IMG/VR virus record: IMGVR_UViG_3300017903_000259
Span: 1-28,928 of that record
Source of the DNA: a virus
Lineage: Duplodnaviria > Caudoviricetes
DNA: 28,928 bases
Reading direction: 5' to 3' (one strand)
Each line of letters begins with the position of its first letter. Within the stretch, counting starts at the first letter, position 1. The position numbers were made by a program, and so were the translations under genes. Positions 8,413-17,581 of this stretch are shown piece after piece. Under the pieces are notes generated by a model, which saw only the letters and a list, made by a program, of their open reading frames with translations, was not told the origin of the DNA and did no database searches.

Positions 8413-8990
8413 TATTTCTTACCCCATTTAATGTCCAATAAGCTATCATGGCTGTACTCCATACCAAAGTCCGTAGAAAATTCTCTTTGGAAACTTACTA
8501 GGTTGGTACGTCTACCAGTCTTTTTATCAAAGTTAGCAAATTGGCTTGTTACTTCAATTGTCAGTGTTGCCGTGTCGTCCGTGTCTTGTATTCTATATCC
8601 TGCTATCTTGCCCTTGAATAATGTAATGGCTTGATCGCCAGCACTGTCACCTACAAGCGTTTCTGTTTCAGGATTGAAAAACACACGTCTTACTGATACA
8701 TTTTGATTTATTTGGTTTGACTTTGCCAGTGTTTGTACAGTTGTAAGATCCAACGCACTGAGCACAATGTTGATGCTTGTTATCTTAAGATCCGCCGTCT
8801 CTTGGGTTTCTGAGATGCCCAAAAAATTGCCTTGTGCTGAATAGGATTGGCTGTTGTAGGTAACATCATAAGGTCCATCCGTATAATAAAGATCTGAGGC
8901 TCCATTTACACCAATGTCAATCAGTGTGTAGCTGATTAATTCATCACCAGCTAAATGGCTGTTTTGTACGGAGCTAAATTCTCTCGTCAT
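8412..8990 (-). CDS. Baseplate hub / minor tail protein
   Basis: Position after distal tail protein; YYTD..YDV.Y....Y...G and LFKG motifs typical of siphophage hub proteins. Confidence 0.7.
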   Translation of the reverse strand: MTREFSSVQNSHLAGDELISYTLIDIGVNGASDLYYTDGPYDVTYNSQSYSAQGNFLGISETQETADLKITSINIVLSALDLTTVQTLAKSNQINQNVSVRRVFFNPETETLVGDSAGDQAITLFKGKIAGYRIQDTDDTATLTIEVTSQFANFDKKTGRRTNLVSFQREFSTDFGMEYSHDSLLDIKWGKK

Positions 8991-9649
8991 TAGATCGCCT
9001 CAATTACATCTATTTCATATTCAACTAATTCATCTGTTCTATAGTTAAACTCTTGAACATCATTGTTCAATATCATTCTGAAAGGCACATTGGTTGAAGT
9101 AATACCTTCTTCATCCGTTAGTGCTTCTACAAGTCCAGGCTTGATGTTTAGTATGGCACCGCCTGCTGAATCCGTGTTTATGTCTGTTGATGCCATGTAT
9201 ACTTTTGTATGGCCAGCAAATCTTACAACATCACCTGCTTTTAACAATACTTGGTCACCTAGTGCCGTTCCTGCTGAGTCTGGCAGTGTTGTAATGTTGA
9301 TTGTTGTATCACCTGCTGAATGTGCCCCATCTACAAACAATCTACCATCTATGATTGATGCTATGCTTTGACCAGTAATAATATCAGTTGCTTGTGATTC
9401 ACTCACAGTTGGTATAACAATATCAAACTCATTTAGTCCACCATCTGTTTGTGCTATAAAAGCCTGTATTGGTCTAAATTCTGCTTGTGTCATTGGAGGA
9501 AACTGTAATGTACCTCCAAACACAGTTGTTGAATTTGTTGCTCTAATAATCCTACCACTCGCGGCTTGTGTTCTTTTTGTGCTGGTATTCATTGAAAAAT
9601 TTACAGACTGAAAACCAGGTGACGTTGGAAATGTACCTATGTATGCCAT
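8990..9649 (-). CDS. Distal tail protein
   Basis: Immediately after tape measure; PPMT...F, LKAGD..RFAGHTKVYM motifs. Confidence 0.75.
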   Translation of the reverse strand: MAYIGTFPTSPGFQSVNFSMNTSTKRTQAASGRIIRATNSTTVFGGTLQFPPMTQAEFRPIQAFIAQTDGGLNEFDIVIPTVSESQATDIITGQSIASIIDGRLFVDGAHSAGDTTINITTLPDSAGTALGDQVLLKAGDVVRFAGHTKVYMASTDINTDSAGGAILNIKPGLVEALTDEEGITSTNVPFRMILNNDVQEFNYRTDELVEYEIDVIEAI

Positions 9650-12126
9650 TATACTACACCCATCCTTCCTTGTTGTCTCATTGCGTTGTTAATAATACCA
9701 GTAATTGTTGCCCTTCTTTCTACAAGTAGGTCATCAAAGTCTCTTGCGTCTACAGTGTTGATGTTAAAGTTTACAGTAACTGGTTGACTGCGACCTCCCA
9801 TGCCATCAATTGCTTCTGCTACTTCTCTTGGTATAACTGTTGAAGGTTGTTTTGGTACAAGTAGTTCTGGACCATCTTCACCTACAATGGCACTTTGTCC
9901 TGCCCTTAAGGCTCCACCTCTTTGTGCTCCTACAGGTTGTTGTGCTCTAATAGTTGATACCTGTGCCAAACCTGCCGCTACTGTAGCCGCCGCCGCAATA
10001 AAGTTGAATGGCGGTGGATAAGTTGCTAGGGCTTTTGTGGCACCTTGGTATGTGTTAATGATTGCTTCTGCTATGGCAAATGCTTTCATTGCCGCAAAAA
10101 ACTGTTTGTTCTGTGAGCCTAATGCTTCAAAAAACTTCTTGCCCTGTGAAATACCAAACTGTGTTTTTTCAAGTTCTGACTTTTGTTCAAATTCTGTTCT
10201 TTCTTTAACACGATCTTCTATTTTCTTTTCTTGACCTTGTTTTTGTAAAACAGCTTGATCTTCAGCACTCAATATTTGGCCTTGGCCTGTTACAACCGCC
10301 CTGACCCTAGCATCCATTGCCTCTTTTGCTTTTTTAAGTTTTTGATCTTCAATGTCAGCTAATTTGTTTGCCAATTCCATTTCTTGTTCTAAGATTGTTT
10401 GTGCCACACTTTTGTTTGCGGCGTCTCTCAATTCATTGAACTTTTCTTGGCTGATTAAATTCTTATCCAGTGCCTCTTGGAAAATGGCAATGTCAGCATC
10501 TGCGGCCTGTCTAGCAGATTGTTCAATTGTATGTGTAAATTCTTTGTATGTGTCCATTGAAGATTCAAGTTTGTCCTTCAATGTTTCTAAGGCTTCAGCA
10601 TCTTTCTTTTTCTTTTCTGCGGAAGTTACAAAAGTTTTGTCTAACTTTTTCATCATTGCTTCATAAACTTCAAGAGTCAATGTTTTGTCATCGTATTTTT
10701 GCTTTACAATTTCAATGACTTCCGCATTTAGTTTACTTTTTTCTATGACATTATCAATTGATATCAAAAGATTATCATATGCCTTTTGTGCTTCAGTAAG
10801 GCTTTCTTTTGTTTTATCGTTGCCGTCAGTTTGTGTGTCTGATGCCTTTTCAGCCGCCTTACGCAATTCTCTAAGTCTGGCTTCAATGTCTTTGACCTTT
10901 TTATCAACCTCACCAAATGAAGTTGCTACATGGTCAATTGCTAAACCAACGTCTGTAATAGCATCAGGTACAAAGTCTCCAATAGCATCACCAACTTTGT
11001 CAAGCATTTCATCAGTTACACCAATCTTATTCATAAATTCGTCAAAGCTATCTGATAGCATGGCGACACCAGCCGCCGCCAATGAAGCACCAAGTAATAT
11101 TGGATTGGCTTTAGCCGCAATGGTTAATAACCTAATTGCTTTTGTGGCAACCATTATAGATCTAGCCAATGTACTACCAAAAGCAAGGGCAATGGATGTC
11201 AAACCTGCTACAATTTTTAAGCCAAAGAATATACCAAACACAGTTATCAAAATATCCATGTTTTGGATAACCAATTTTATTGCTTCAACCGTGAATAAGA
11301 ATGCTTTTGTAAGTTTTGTACCTATGGATACAACGAATTCGTCATTTTCTTCAATCAGTGTTGTTATTTCTTTTGTAAGGTCACCAAGCGCCAAAGAAAA
11401 GCCCTGTTGGCCTAATTTATCTGCCGCTTTATCCAATGCGATGTTAAAGTTTGAAAATGATGTACTTAGATTGTTTAGTCTTGCCTCTGTTGCTCCACCA
11501 AACTGTTCTCTGATGCCTTCAGCTAAGGCTTCTGTAATTTTTCTGGCTCCTTCAGCACTCTTACCAAATTCAGATATTTGGTCTCTGGCAAGTCCAAGTT
11601 TATCTCTAAGGATAGTAAGCACAGGAACACCTCTATCACCTAATCTTTCTAGTTCTTCAAGGCCTAAACCACCGCCTACTGTTCTACTAAACAAGTCTGT
11701 GATGGCTTGTAATGATCCTATTTGGTCAGTTGTAACAGCCGCGGCATCTGTAAATGTTGTAAGGAGTTCTTCTGTAGGTTCAATACCTGCTGTTTTAAGT
11801 TTTACAAATGTGTTTGTAAGATCTTCTATGCCAAACTGTGTTTTTGTTGAAAATGTTGATATGAAATCAAATGCTTCAGCACCAGCATTAGCACTACCTG
11901 TTACACTTTTTAATGTGGTTCGTAAGTCCTCAAAGCGTTGTGATACACCAACAACCCTTCTAATGATATTGGCACCTCCAATGGCACCTAAAGCTGTTGC
12001 GGCTAGACCTGCTACCTTATTCACGCCAAGAAGACCTTGGTTAAGGGCTGTTACCCTTTGTGATATGTTCCTAAGCGACGTAGCTGTCTTATCTAGGACG
12101 CGGATTTCTAGTGTTTGCGTTGCCAC
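9649..12126 (-). CDS. Tape measure protein
   Basis: 825 aa, helical and Ala-rich, with tape-measure domain, hydrophobic central segment and C-terminal VGEDGPEL; GTG start with AGGAG RBS. Confidence 0.92.
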   Translation of the reverse strand: MATQTLEIRVLDKTATSLRNISQRVTALNQGLLGVNKVAGLAATALGAIGGANIIRRVVGVSQRFEDLRTTLKSVTGSANAGAEAFDFISTFSTKTQFGIEDLTNTFVKLKTAGIEPTEELLTTFTDAAAVTTDQIGSLQAITDLFSRTVGGGLGLEELERLGDRGVPVLTILRDKLGLARDQISEFGKSAEGARKITEALAEGIREQFGGATEARLNNLSTSFSNFNIALDKAADKLGQQGFSLALGDLTKEITTLIEENDEFVVSIGTKLTKAFLFTVEAIKLVIQNMDILITVFGIFFGLKIVAGLTSIALAFGSTLARSIMVATKAIRLLTIAAKANPILLGASLAAAGVAMLSDSFDEFMNKIGVTDEMLDKVGDAIGDFVPDAITDVGLAIDHVATSFGEVDKKVKDIEARLRELRKAAEKASDTQTDGNDKTKESLTEAQKAYDNLLISIDNVIEKSKLNAEVIEIVKQKYDDKTLTLEVYEAMMKKLDKTFVTSAEKKKKDAEALETLKDKLESSMDTYKEFTHTIEQSARQAADADIAIFQEALDKNLISQEKFNELRDAANKSVAQTILEQEMELANKLADIEDQKLKKAKEAMDARVRAVVTGQGQILSAEDQAVLQKQGQEKKIEDRVKERTEFEQKSELEKTQFGISQGKKFFEALGSQNKQFFAAMKAFAIAEAIINTYQGATKALATYPPPFNFIAAAATVAAGLAQVSTIRAQQPVGAQRGGALRAGQSAIVGEDGPELLVPKQPSTVIPREVAEAIDGMGGRSQPVTVNFNINTVDARDFDDLLVERRATITGIINNAMRQQGRMGVV

Positions 12127-12280
12127 GATTCATGCTCTCCTTACCTTTATTGTGTTGTAGCTTAAACCAAGCATACCAAAGGTTTATTTCAAGGACACTG
12201 AGTTGTAAAACCTTCTCCAAAGGCATCGTAAGCGTTTCCGCTATACGCATCAACAATTGGAGCTCAATGTCCTCCTTTAG
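12089..12280 (-). CDS. Tail assembly chaperone -1 frameshift extension (gpGT-like)
   Basis: Slippery A AAA AAC at 12280-12286 just before the TAA; the -1 frame reads LKEDIELQLLMRIAETLTMPLEKVLQLSVLEINLWYAWF...RPR stop at 12089. Confidence 0.8.
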   Translation of the reverse strand, partial: LKEDIELQLLMRIAETLTMPLEKVLQLSVLEINLWYAWFKLQHNKGKESMNRGNANTRNPRPR

Positions 12281-12615
12281 TTTTTTTCAACGGCCTCGTA
12301 TTCACTGATAGCGCCGTTTAGCTCAGTACAAACTTTTAACAATACCTTAGGATCAGCTTCATTCATCAAAGCACTTTTGTCCATTCTTGTAAACATTGGC
12401 TTTCCATCTGGATCCAAAGCCTTTTGGATTAGGCTTTCTACCAATGCTTCTACTGTTTTACCTTGTTGTTGAAGATTCAAAATTTTTGATTCAACAGCAA
12501 ATGGATATGTTGCCTTATAATAAATGTCTGTTTTCCATTCAGGTACTACTATTTTATTCAAGCCACCTGCCAATTGATCTTGGTAGTGTTGCTTTACGTT
12601 GTTCATTACGCTCAT
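12277..12615 (-). CDS. Tail assembly chaperone (gpG-like)
   Basis: Lies between tail tube and tape measure; VPEW and DGKPMF motifs; ends EKN at the slippery site. Confidence 0.85.
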   Translation of the reverse strand: MSVMNNVKQHYQDQLAGGLNKIVVPEWKTDIYYKATYPFAVESKILNLQQQGKTVEALVESLIQKALDPDGKPMFTRMDKSALMNEADPKVLLKVCTELNGAISEYEAVEKN

Positions 12616-12905
12616 TTATATCTCCTTTGTGATATCTCCCTAAGTGTAGGCCCTAATATACCCCTAGGTGCTTGTTTTGAGTGACCTTTTTCTAAGACGT
12701 CAATGTAGGGCACACGGTTGACAATGCGTTTTTCTTGAAACGCACCTTCTAGGCGCCAACCGCGTCTTGCTCGTCCTTTATCAATGGGCGTGTTTTTTAC
12801 AGCCACGTCCTTTGTATCTTTGGCCACAAGGTCTATGAGTTTCTCTTTTTCTCGTTCAAGAGAGGCCATAACCCGTTGATTGCCTAGAACCCTAATTTGT
12901 AACAT
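12612..12905 (-). CDS. HK97 gp10-like neck/tail completion protein
   Basis: TPIDKGRARRGW...N.VPY...LEKGHSKQAP.G motif. Confidence 0.75.
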   Translation of the reverse strand: MLQIRVLGNQRVMASLEREKEKLIDLVAKDTKDVAVKNTPIDKGRARRGWRLEGAFQEKRIVNRVPYIDVLEKGHSKQAPRGILGPTLREISQRRYK

Positions 12906-12910
12906 AACAA

Positions 12911-13324
12911 TTACGCGGCCGCAATCGTTAATGCTCCAGTACCTTGGAAGTTGACTGTAGCTGTGATTAGATCATCAAAACTTGCTGTTCTTGATACAGA
13001 AGTTACAATGATAGATCCACTAAACTTTTGTCCACCACCACTTGGTGCTGTTGTGTAGAATTCAACGGTTAAGTCTCCATCCTGTGACGCATCAAAGGCA
13101 TTACTTGCCGCTGTGTGTCCATCATCATAGATGACTTCCATTGATCCTGTGAACTGGTGTAGTCCACTCTTGTATGTTCTTGCCGCATCGCCCATGACTG
13201 TGTCTTCAATCACATCTTTTGTGTGTTCCACTGTCCAGGAACGAACTTGGGCAATAGTAGTTAGACCAGATGTATCTTCGTGTGTGATATCAACCTGTCC
13301 ATTTTCACCTGTATAAGTTGCCAT
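12911..13324 (-). CDS. Major tail tube protein
   Basis: 137 aa; VRSW, EDTVMGD..RTY..GL..FTGS, FQGTGAL pattern of siphophage tube proteins. Confidence 0.85.
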   Translation of the reverse strand: MATYTGENGQVDITHEDTSGLTTIAQVRSWTVEHTKDVIEDTVMGDAARTYKSGLHQFTGSMEVIYDDGHTAASNAFDASQDGDLTVEFYTTAPSGGGQKFSGSIIVTSVSRTASFDDLITATVNFQGTGALTIAAA

Positions 13325-13326
13325 AA

Positions 13327-13614
13327 TTATTCCTCCTTGTTGGCAGTTGTGTCATCTTCGTCTTCTACCTGTTCTGGTGCGAGATCTTTTAGCTCCTCGT
13401 AATCATTCCAGGCATAATCCGTAGATGCTTCTGAAGTCACTTGGGCATCCGCAGTAATTTTTTTCTTACTACTTTTGCGGGGTGACTTTTTTTCTGTGGG
13501 TTGGTCATCAACTATTGTCCAACCTTCCTTCAGAAACCTTTGTAATTTTGACGGTTCAATATGTTGATTTGGATAACCGTCTTTTCTCATTAGTGTATAC
13601 TGTGTTACAGCCAT
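13327..13614 (-). CDS. Hypothetical protein (basic middle, acidic tail)
   Basis: Coupled ORF with AAGGAG RBS in the neck/tail operon. Confidence 0.6.
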   Translation of the reverse strand: MAVTQYTLMRKDGYPNQHIEPSKLQRFLKEGWTIVDDQPTEKKSPRKSSKKKITADAQVTSEASTDYAWNDYEELKDLAPEQVEDEDDTTANKEE

Positions 13615-14063
13615 TATGTCGCTCCTTTAGTAAATGAGTAATGTACTTCTGCCACCATGTTGAATTCACCCAATGGTGGTGTTCTGTCCACTACAGTTAT
13701 TTCAGTGACTCGCGTCGTTGCCGCACGAGCACTTGTCAAGTCCCTGTCTCTATTTGCGTTGAGTTGCTCTTCAATGCGTTCTATTAGTTCATTTCGCTTT
13801 TCATCAACGCTTTGTACATGACCTTGACGTCCGTCTGAACGCACATATCCTCTAATGTTAATTTCTATGATGCCGCGCCTAGCACCACCCATGGCATGAT
13901 CTTCTCTTGTTTCATTGCCTGTGGTTACCAATACTGCGGGAAACTGTGTAATTGCTAATTTGTCCACGTCAAATGGTTCACGTGTGACAAATGATGGTCT
14001 AGGTGGATTCATGTCCCCTAGCACTTCTATAATGTTTTGTGTGATTGCTTCTCTGTTTGACAT
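13614..14063 (-). CDS. Tail terminator / completion protein
   Basis: MS.RE.I start, QFPAV motif, position before the tail tube gene. Confidence 0.7.
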   Translation of the reverse strand: MSNREAITQNIIEVLGDMNPPRPSFVTREPFDVDKLAITQFPAVLVTTGNETREDHAMGGARRGIIEINIRGYVRSDGRQGHVQSVDEKRNELIERIEEQLNANRDRDLTSARAATTRVTEITVVDRTPPLGEFNMVAEVHYSFTKGAT

Positions 14064-14070
14064 TTACACT

Positions 14071-14523
14071 CTACCTTTTAAGGCGTAGGTAGTGTGTTGG
14101 TTCTCTTTCAATGTCATCCACTGTACCACTACTGTCCGCATCATATTCTACTCCGTCTCTTAAGACTAGATCAAATTCACGTTCGTATTCTTTTCTATAG
14201 AACTCCATTTTACGTTCAAATAGATCAGTCTCTGGTTCAAATTTTGCTAATTTTGGATAGATATGAAAACCTAACGCATGATAGGCTGTTGCCCTTGTTA
14301 GTTGTGAAGCAGTATACAGGTCTTCGTCTGGCTCTAGGTTGTTACCAGCTAATTTTTTAATATCGTATACATTGATTGAATAAGTTGGAAACCAGCGGAT
14401 CCTTAGATCTCTAAAAACATCTGATTGTGCTTTTGTGATTTCAGCATCAAAGTCTTGGATGCCGTAGTTTAAAATGTCTGGTTCGTATTCTTGTACGTCA
14501 CTTATCGTTGCTAATGTTGGCAT
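14071..14523 (-). CDS. Head-tail adaptor protein
   Basis: First gene after the MCP; helical; C-terminal YDADSSGTVDDIE EF-hand-like loop. Confidence 0.7.
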   Translation of the reverse strand: MPTLATISDVQEYEPDILNYGIQDFDAEITKAQSDVFRDLRIRWFPTYSINVYDIKKLAGNNLEPDEDLYTASQLTRATAYHALGFHIYPKLAKFEPETDLFERKMEFYRKEYEREFDLVLRDGVEYDADSSGTVDDIEREPTHYLRLKR

Positions 14524-14570
14524 GAGGTACTTCCTCCTATTATGGTATAAGGTACTGCCCTATCCATGTA

Positions 14571-14577
14571 TATTTAT
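14571..14577 (-). promoter_or_regulatory. ATAAATA promoter motif for neck/tail operon
   Basis: Intergenic, just downstream of the MCP terminator. Confidence 0.65.
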
Positions 14578-14584
14578 CAGTTAC

Positions 14585-14614
14585 AAAAGAATAGGGGGCA
14601 AAATCCCCCTATTC
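14585..14614 (-). terminator. Rho-independent terminator after major capsid gene
   Basis: GAATAGGGGG-ATTTTG-CCCCCTATTC 10-bp stem followed by TTTT on the minus strand. Confidence 0.85.
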
Positions 14615-14627
14615 AATATCTTTATGA

Positions 14628-15482
14628 TTACTGTTGGTCGTCTGCGATCAACTTAACGCCATAAGCGTCAAACAGTTCTGCGGAACCATAAGCCATTGTA
14701 CCAACGATTTCATCAGCTCTTGCTGAAGCATCTCTTTGTGTTTCAATTCTCATGTTACGCTTAACCATGTAGCCAATTGCGTCTTGAGCAAATACAGCAC
14801 CAATACCAGCACCAGCTGAGTCTGGTGTTGCGTCAGTTACTACTGTTGACTCAAAAATGTCAATACCAGCAAGTCTGCCTACGAAACCGTCTCTAAGTGC
14901 GATATTACCAATGTCACTTAGGTTGTGTGACATAGTAGCACCTGCGTTAGTTAACACTTTCTTAAGCTGTAATGCTTGGTTTGGTGAAATAACAGCTACG
15001 TATGGTCCAGGAGCCTTGTTATTTTTCAGTGTAGCGGCCGCTTTGAAGAAAGTCTCTGTAGTAATTTCTTCATCGCCAGAACCTACTGAATTTGAAAAGC
15101 CTTGGAATAATGTAGCTAGATCTGTGTCCACCTTCACTGCCATTGCGTCACCCATTTGACGTCCAATAGCCGCGGCTACGTCTTCGTTAGCTGACTCTTT
15201 AGCCAAGTCAGTTAGTTCAACCATAACACCTACTTCAGCGGCTGTGATAGTCTTTGAAGTTGTGTTAAAAGCTGTGTTTGACATATCAGTACCGTCTGTT
15301 AGATCAGCGGCTGATAGTGCTGGATAGATTGGAACCTGTGCTGTTAAGCCTGGTGTTCCAGTCATATCATAGTTTTTTACGAGCGGTCTGATTACTGTTC
15401 TCTCTGAAAGAGTGAATAATGCCGCTTGTACCATATTAGCGTATAGTTCACTTAATACACTTGCGGTTGCTTCTTGTGCCAT
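14628..15482 (-). CDS. Major capsid protein (HK97 fold)
   Basis: 284 aa after the scaffold gene; G.TAQVP, A..VDTDL, G.VGRLAGIDIFES, IETQRDAS.RADEIV patterns; strong AGGAG RBS; followed by a terminator. Confidence 0.9.
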   Translation of the reverse strand: MAQEATASVLSELYANMVQAALFTLSERTVIRPLVKNYDMTGTPGLTAQVPIYPALSAADLTDGTDMSNTAFNTTSKTITAAEVGVMVELTDLAKESANEDVAAAIGRQMGDAMAVKVDTDLATLFQGFSNSVGSGDEEITTETFFKAAATLKNNKAPGPYVAVISPNQALQLKKVLTNAGATMSHNLSDIGNIALRDGFVGRLAGIDIFESTVVTDATPDSAGAGIGAVFAQDAIGYMVKRNMRIETQRDASARADEIVGTMAYGSAELFDAYGVKLIADDQQ

Positions 15483-15505
15483 AATGTTTCTCCTTTAGTA
15501 GCAAT

Positions 15506-16198
15506 TTAAATACGGACTCCACGATTTTTCATGATCTCCGCATATTGTGCCCTATCTTGGGGCTTGTTCATATCCAACTTGGATATGTCATTATCTACCG
15601 TAGGTTGCTTGCCTATTCCGTTACTTGTACCAGCACCACTTGGTCCTGCCTGTACGAAATGAGGATTTGCTGTAAGGAATTCATTTACCAGGGTTGATAC
15701 TTGAACTGGTTTACCCATTTCGTCATATCTGACCTGTCCATTTGCGTCCACTACATCAATAGCACCTGCTTCATTCAGCTTGATCTGTCCTTTCAACAAT
15801 GAAACCACTTGCTGTGGATTTACTGCCTTTTGACTACTTGCTTCATTTAACAAAGTACCGTCAACCTTGATACTGTGTAGTTCGTTCTCATACTGTTTGA
15901 TCTTGCCTGTGAATTTCTCCGCCTGCTCGCTCAACAGTTTTTCGTACTCACCACGTTTCTCAAGTTCTTCCTTCTTGCGTTGCTCTTCAGCTTCAACAAG
16001 ATTCTTGTAGTGGTCTAGATCCACGCCTGAATATTGCTTTTCAAACTTGGCTCTTTCTCTTGCCACCCTATCCGCAACAATGCGATTTACATCATCTTGG
16101 TTAAAGGTGTCTTCCTTAACTACCTGCGTTTCTGCTACCTGCTGTTCTTGTGGAGAAGCAGTTGTCTCCGTTTTTTCCGCTTGGTTTTCTGCGTCCAT
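15506..16198 (-). CDS. Capsid scaffolding protein
   Basis: Acidic N-terminus, TFNQDDVNRIVADRVARER, coiled coil, C-terminal NPHF...GAG. Confidence 0.85.
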   Translation of the reverse strand: MDAENQAEKTETTASPQEQQVAETQVVKEDTFNQDDVNRIVADRVARERAKFEKQYSGVDLDHYKNLVEAEEQRKKEELEKRGEYEKLLSEQAEKFTGKIKQYENELHSIKVDGTLLNEASSQKAVNPQQVVSLLKGQIKLNEAGAIDVVDANGQVRYDEMGKPVQVSTLVNEFLTANPHFVQAGPSGAGTSNGIGKQPTVDNDISKLDMNKPQDRAQYAEIMKNRGVRI

Positions 16199-16257
16199 TA
16201 TATACCTCTTTCTAATTGGTTGAGTTCTACCACCTGCCCTCTATTAGCAGTATGTTG

Positions 16258-16264
16258 TATTTAT
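16258..16264 (-). promoter_or_regulatory. ATAAATA promoter motif for scaffold/MCP
   Basis: Intergenic, about 60 nt upstream of the scaffold ATG. Confidence 0.65.
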
Positions 16265-16284
16265 CAAACCTAAACTTTTTCAGC

Positions 16285-16437
16285 TTATTTACGGCGTCTT
16301 CCGCCACGGTTTGTTTTTTTCTTCTTCTTTTTACCACCACGCATTGCCATGATATCTCTCCCTATTGATTTTAATTTAAACCTACGCTTTCGCATACGTT
16401 CGCCTTGGAGTCCTCCAAGACTTGACGCAGTAATCAT
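16285..16437 (-). CDS. Tiny protamine-like basic peptide (50 aa from 16437 or 21 aa from 16350)
   Basis: Not in ORF track. MITASSLGGLQGERMRKRRFKLKSIGRDI-MAMRGGKKKKKKTNRGGRRRK; ATGA overlap at 16434-16437; GGGAGA RBS before the internal ATG at 16350. Confidence 0.6.
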   Translation of the reverse strand: MITASSLGGLQGERMRKRRFKLKSIGRDIMAMRGGKKKKKKTNRGGRRRK

Positions 16438-16730
16438 TTGCGTCCCTTCTTTAGAATGTTTCTAGCCCAACTCAAGCCTGCTGAACCTCCCCATCCTAAA
16501 TAAGCCTGTGTGCCAGGTGTATTCTTGCCTGGCTTGTAATATGCTTTTGCTCTGCTTAAAAAACTAAATGTTCTTTTTACAGTTGCCATTGAAACGTTTT
16601 TTCCTTTTGAAAATTGATTTGCCCTTTGTAGTCCTACTGGTGTCATGCCCTTACGACTTGCTGGTGCTTTGTTTCTAAGTGCCAATGCTCTCTTGGCGTT
16701 ACGCATCATTGCTTTGGTTGGTTTAGGCAT
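16434..16730 (-). CDS. Basic hypothetical phage protein
   Basis: No acidic residues; GMTPVG..RA.Q, TVKR..SF, WGG.AG..WA pattern familiar from uncharacterised phage proteins. Confidence 0.7.
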   Translation of the reverse strand: MPKPTKAMMRNAKRALALRNKAPASRKGMTPVGLQRANQFSKGKNVSMATVKRTFSFLSRAKAYYKPGKNTPGTQAYLGWGGSAGLSWARNILKKGRK

Positions 16731-16975
16731 TACCTTTTTCTCCTCATGCTTCTACGTAAATCTAGATCATGTTTTCTTGAGCCTCTGATAAAACTGTTTA
16801 CTCTGCCCATTGCCCATTGTGCCATTCCTATGCCTGGTCTTGATCCTGAACTTAAAAACGCACCCTGTCCACGACGAAATACTTTACGCAGAGTACCTAC
16901 AGGTATGCCACTACGTTTTGCCTTGGCCTGTAAACTTTTAACGACGCTTTGTCTTAGAGGTTTTCTTTTTGCCAA
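16730..16975 (-). CDS. Basic hypothetical protein (RG.GA..SSGSRPG...QWA..RVNSF family)
   Basis: Likely TTG start at 16975 with AGGAGAG RBS; very Arg/Lys-rich. Confidence 0.7.
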   Translation of the reverse strand: MAKRKPLRQSVVKSLQAKAKRSGIPVGTLRKVFRRGQGAFLSSGSRPGIGMAQWAMGRVNSFIRGSRKHDLDLRRSMRRKR

Positions 16976-17162
16976 GATTAACTCTCCTATCAATTAAACT
17001 TTGTGGTATTCTCTTGCCTGCCTTGGCAAGTTTGCTTATTCTTGTTTGAAGACGTGCTACGGCGCTTCTACGTGCGCCTGTGAGCCCACTTAGATACTTT
17101 TTAGGTATACCTGTTTTCTTGTCTTTTGGTACCCGTCTTCTAGATGATTTCTTTGATGCCAT
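16938..17162 (-). CDS. Highly basic hypothetical protein
   Basis: MASKKSSRRRVPKDKKTGIPKKYLSGL...; coupled to its neighbours. Confidence 0.65.
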   Translation of the reverse strand: MASKKSSRRRVPKDKKTGIPKKYLSGLTGARRSAVARLQTRISKLAKAGKRIPQSLIDRRVNLGKKKTSKTKRR

Positions 17163-17340
17163 CCAAATATCCTAAACTGATGCCTATTGCTGATAGGCTT
17201 ACAATTACACTAACTGTTATCAAAAACAATCCAATCTTCGTGTATATGTTAAGATGCTTTAGATGATTGTCTACAATAAGGTCCAGCTTGTCCTCAATGC
17301 TAGACATACGCTTTTCCAAATCTGTTACTTCAACTTTCAT
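17140..17340 (-). CDS. Small membrane protein (coiled coil plus one TM)
   Basis: LEKRMSSIEDKLD...NHLKH followed by a hydrophobic helix; GGAGG RBS. Confidence 0.6.
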   Translation of the reverse strand: MKVEVTDLEKRMSSIEDKLDLIVDNHLKHLNIYTKIGLFLITVSVIVSLSAIGISLGYLDGIKEII

Positions 17341-17581
17341 TTATGCCCTCCCAACTTGGATGTTCTTGCCATCCTAGTGTTTTGCTACGTTCCAATATTT
17401 CCTTGCGTCTTGTTCTACATAGATGGAACAGTTCCAGTAGATTCTTTCGTGCCCTCACGCCTGCCGCCTTAGAATCTTTTGTTTCAAATTTGTGTATGTT
17501 TTCGTTATACTCTGCCAACACTTGCCTAATGTTTTTTTCAGTGCCATGTATAAAGTCCCTATCTGGTACATACTTACCCAT
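17330..17581 (-). CDS. Histone H1-like (Hc1-type) protein
   Basis: KAAGVRARKNLLEL matches the KAAGxRARKxxLEL core of Hc1-like proteins; start at 17581 or 17596. Confidence 0.6.
   Translation of the reverse strand: MGKYVPDRDFIHGTEKNIRQVLAEYNENIHKFETKDSKAAGVRARKNLLELFHLCRTRRKEILERSKTLGWQEHPSWEGINES

Noticed and set aside
4169-8648. GCCAGCACTGTC repeated at 4169, 4897, 5218 and 8637 as a DNA repeat or CRISPR-like element
   Set aside because: All copies are in-frame DSAG codons, other DSAG copies use different codons, and spacing is irregular; the signal is at protein level.
10685-12160. 491-aa + strand ORF
   Set aside because: Antisense shadow of the tape measure gene; Ser/Phe/Leu-rich, no recognisable motif.
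17140-17340. Holin assignment
   Set aside because: Single TM helix and no endolysin in the window; insufficient support.
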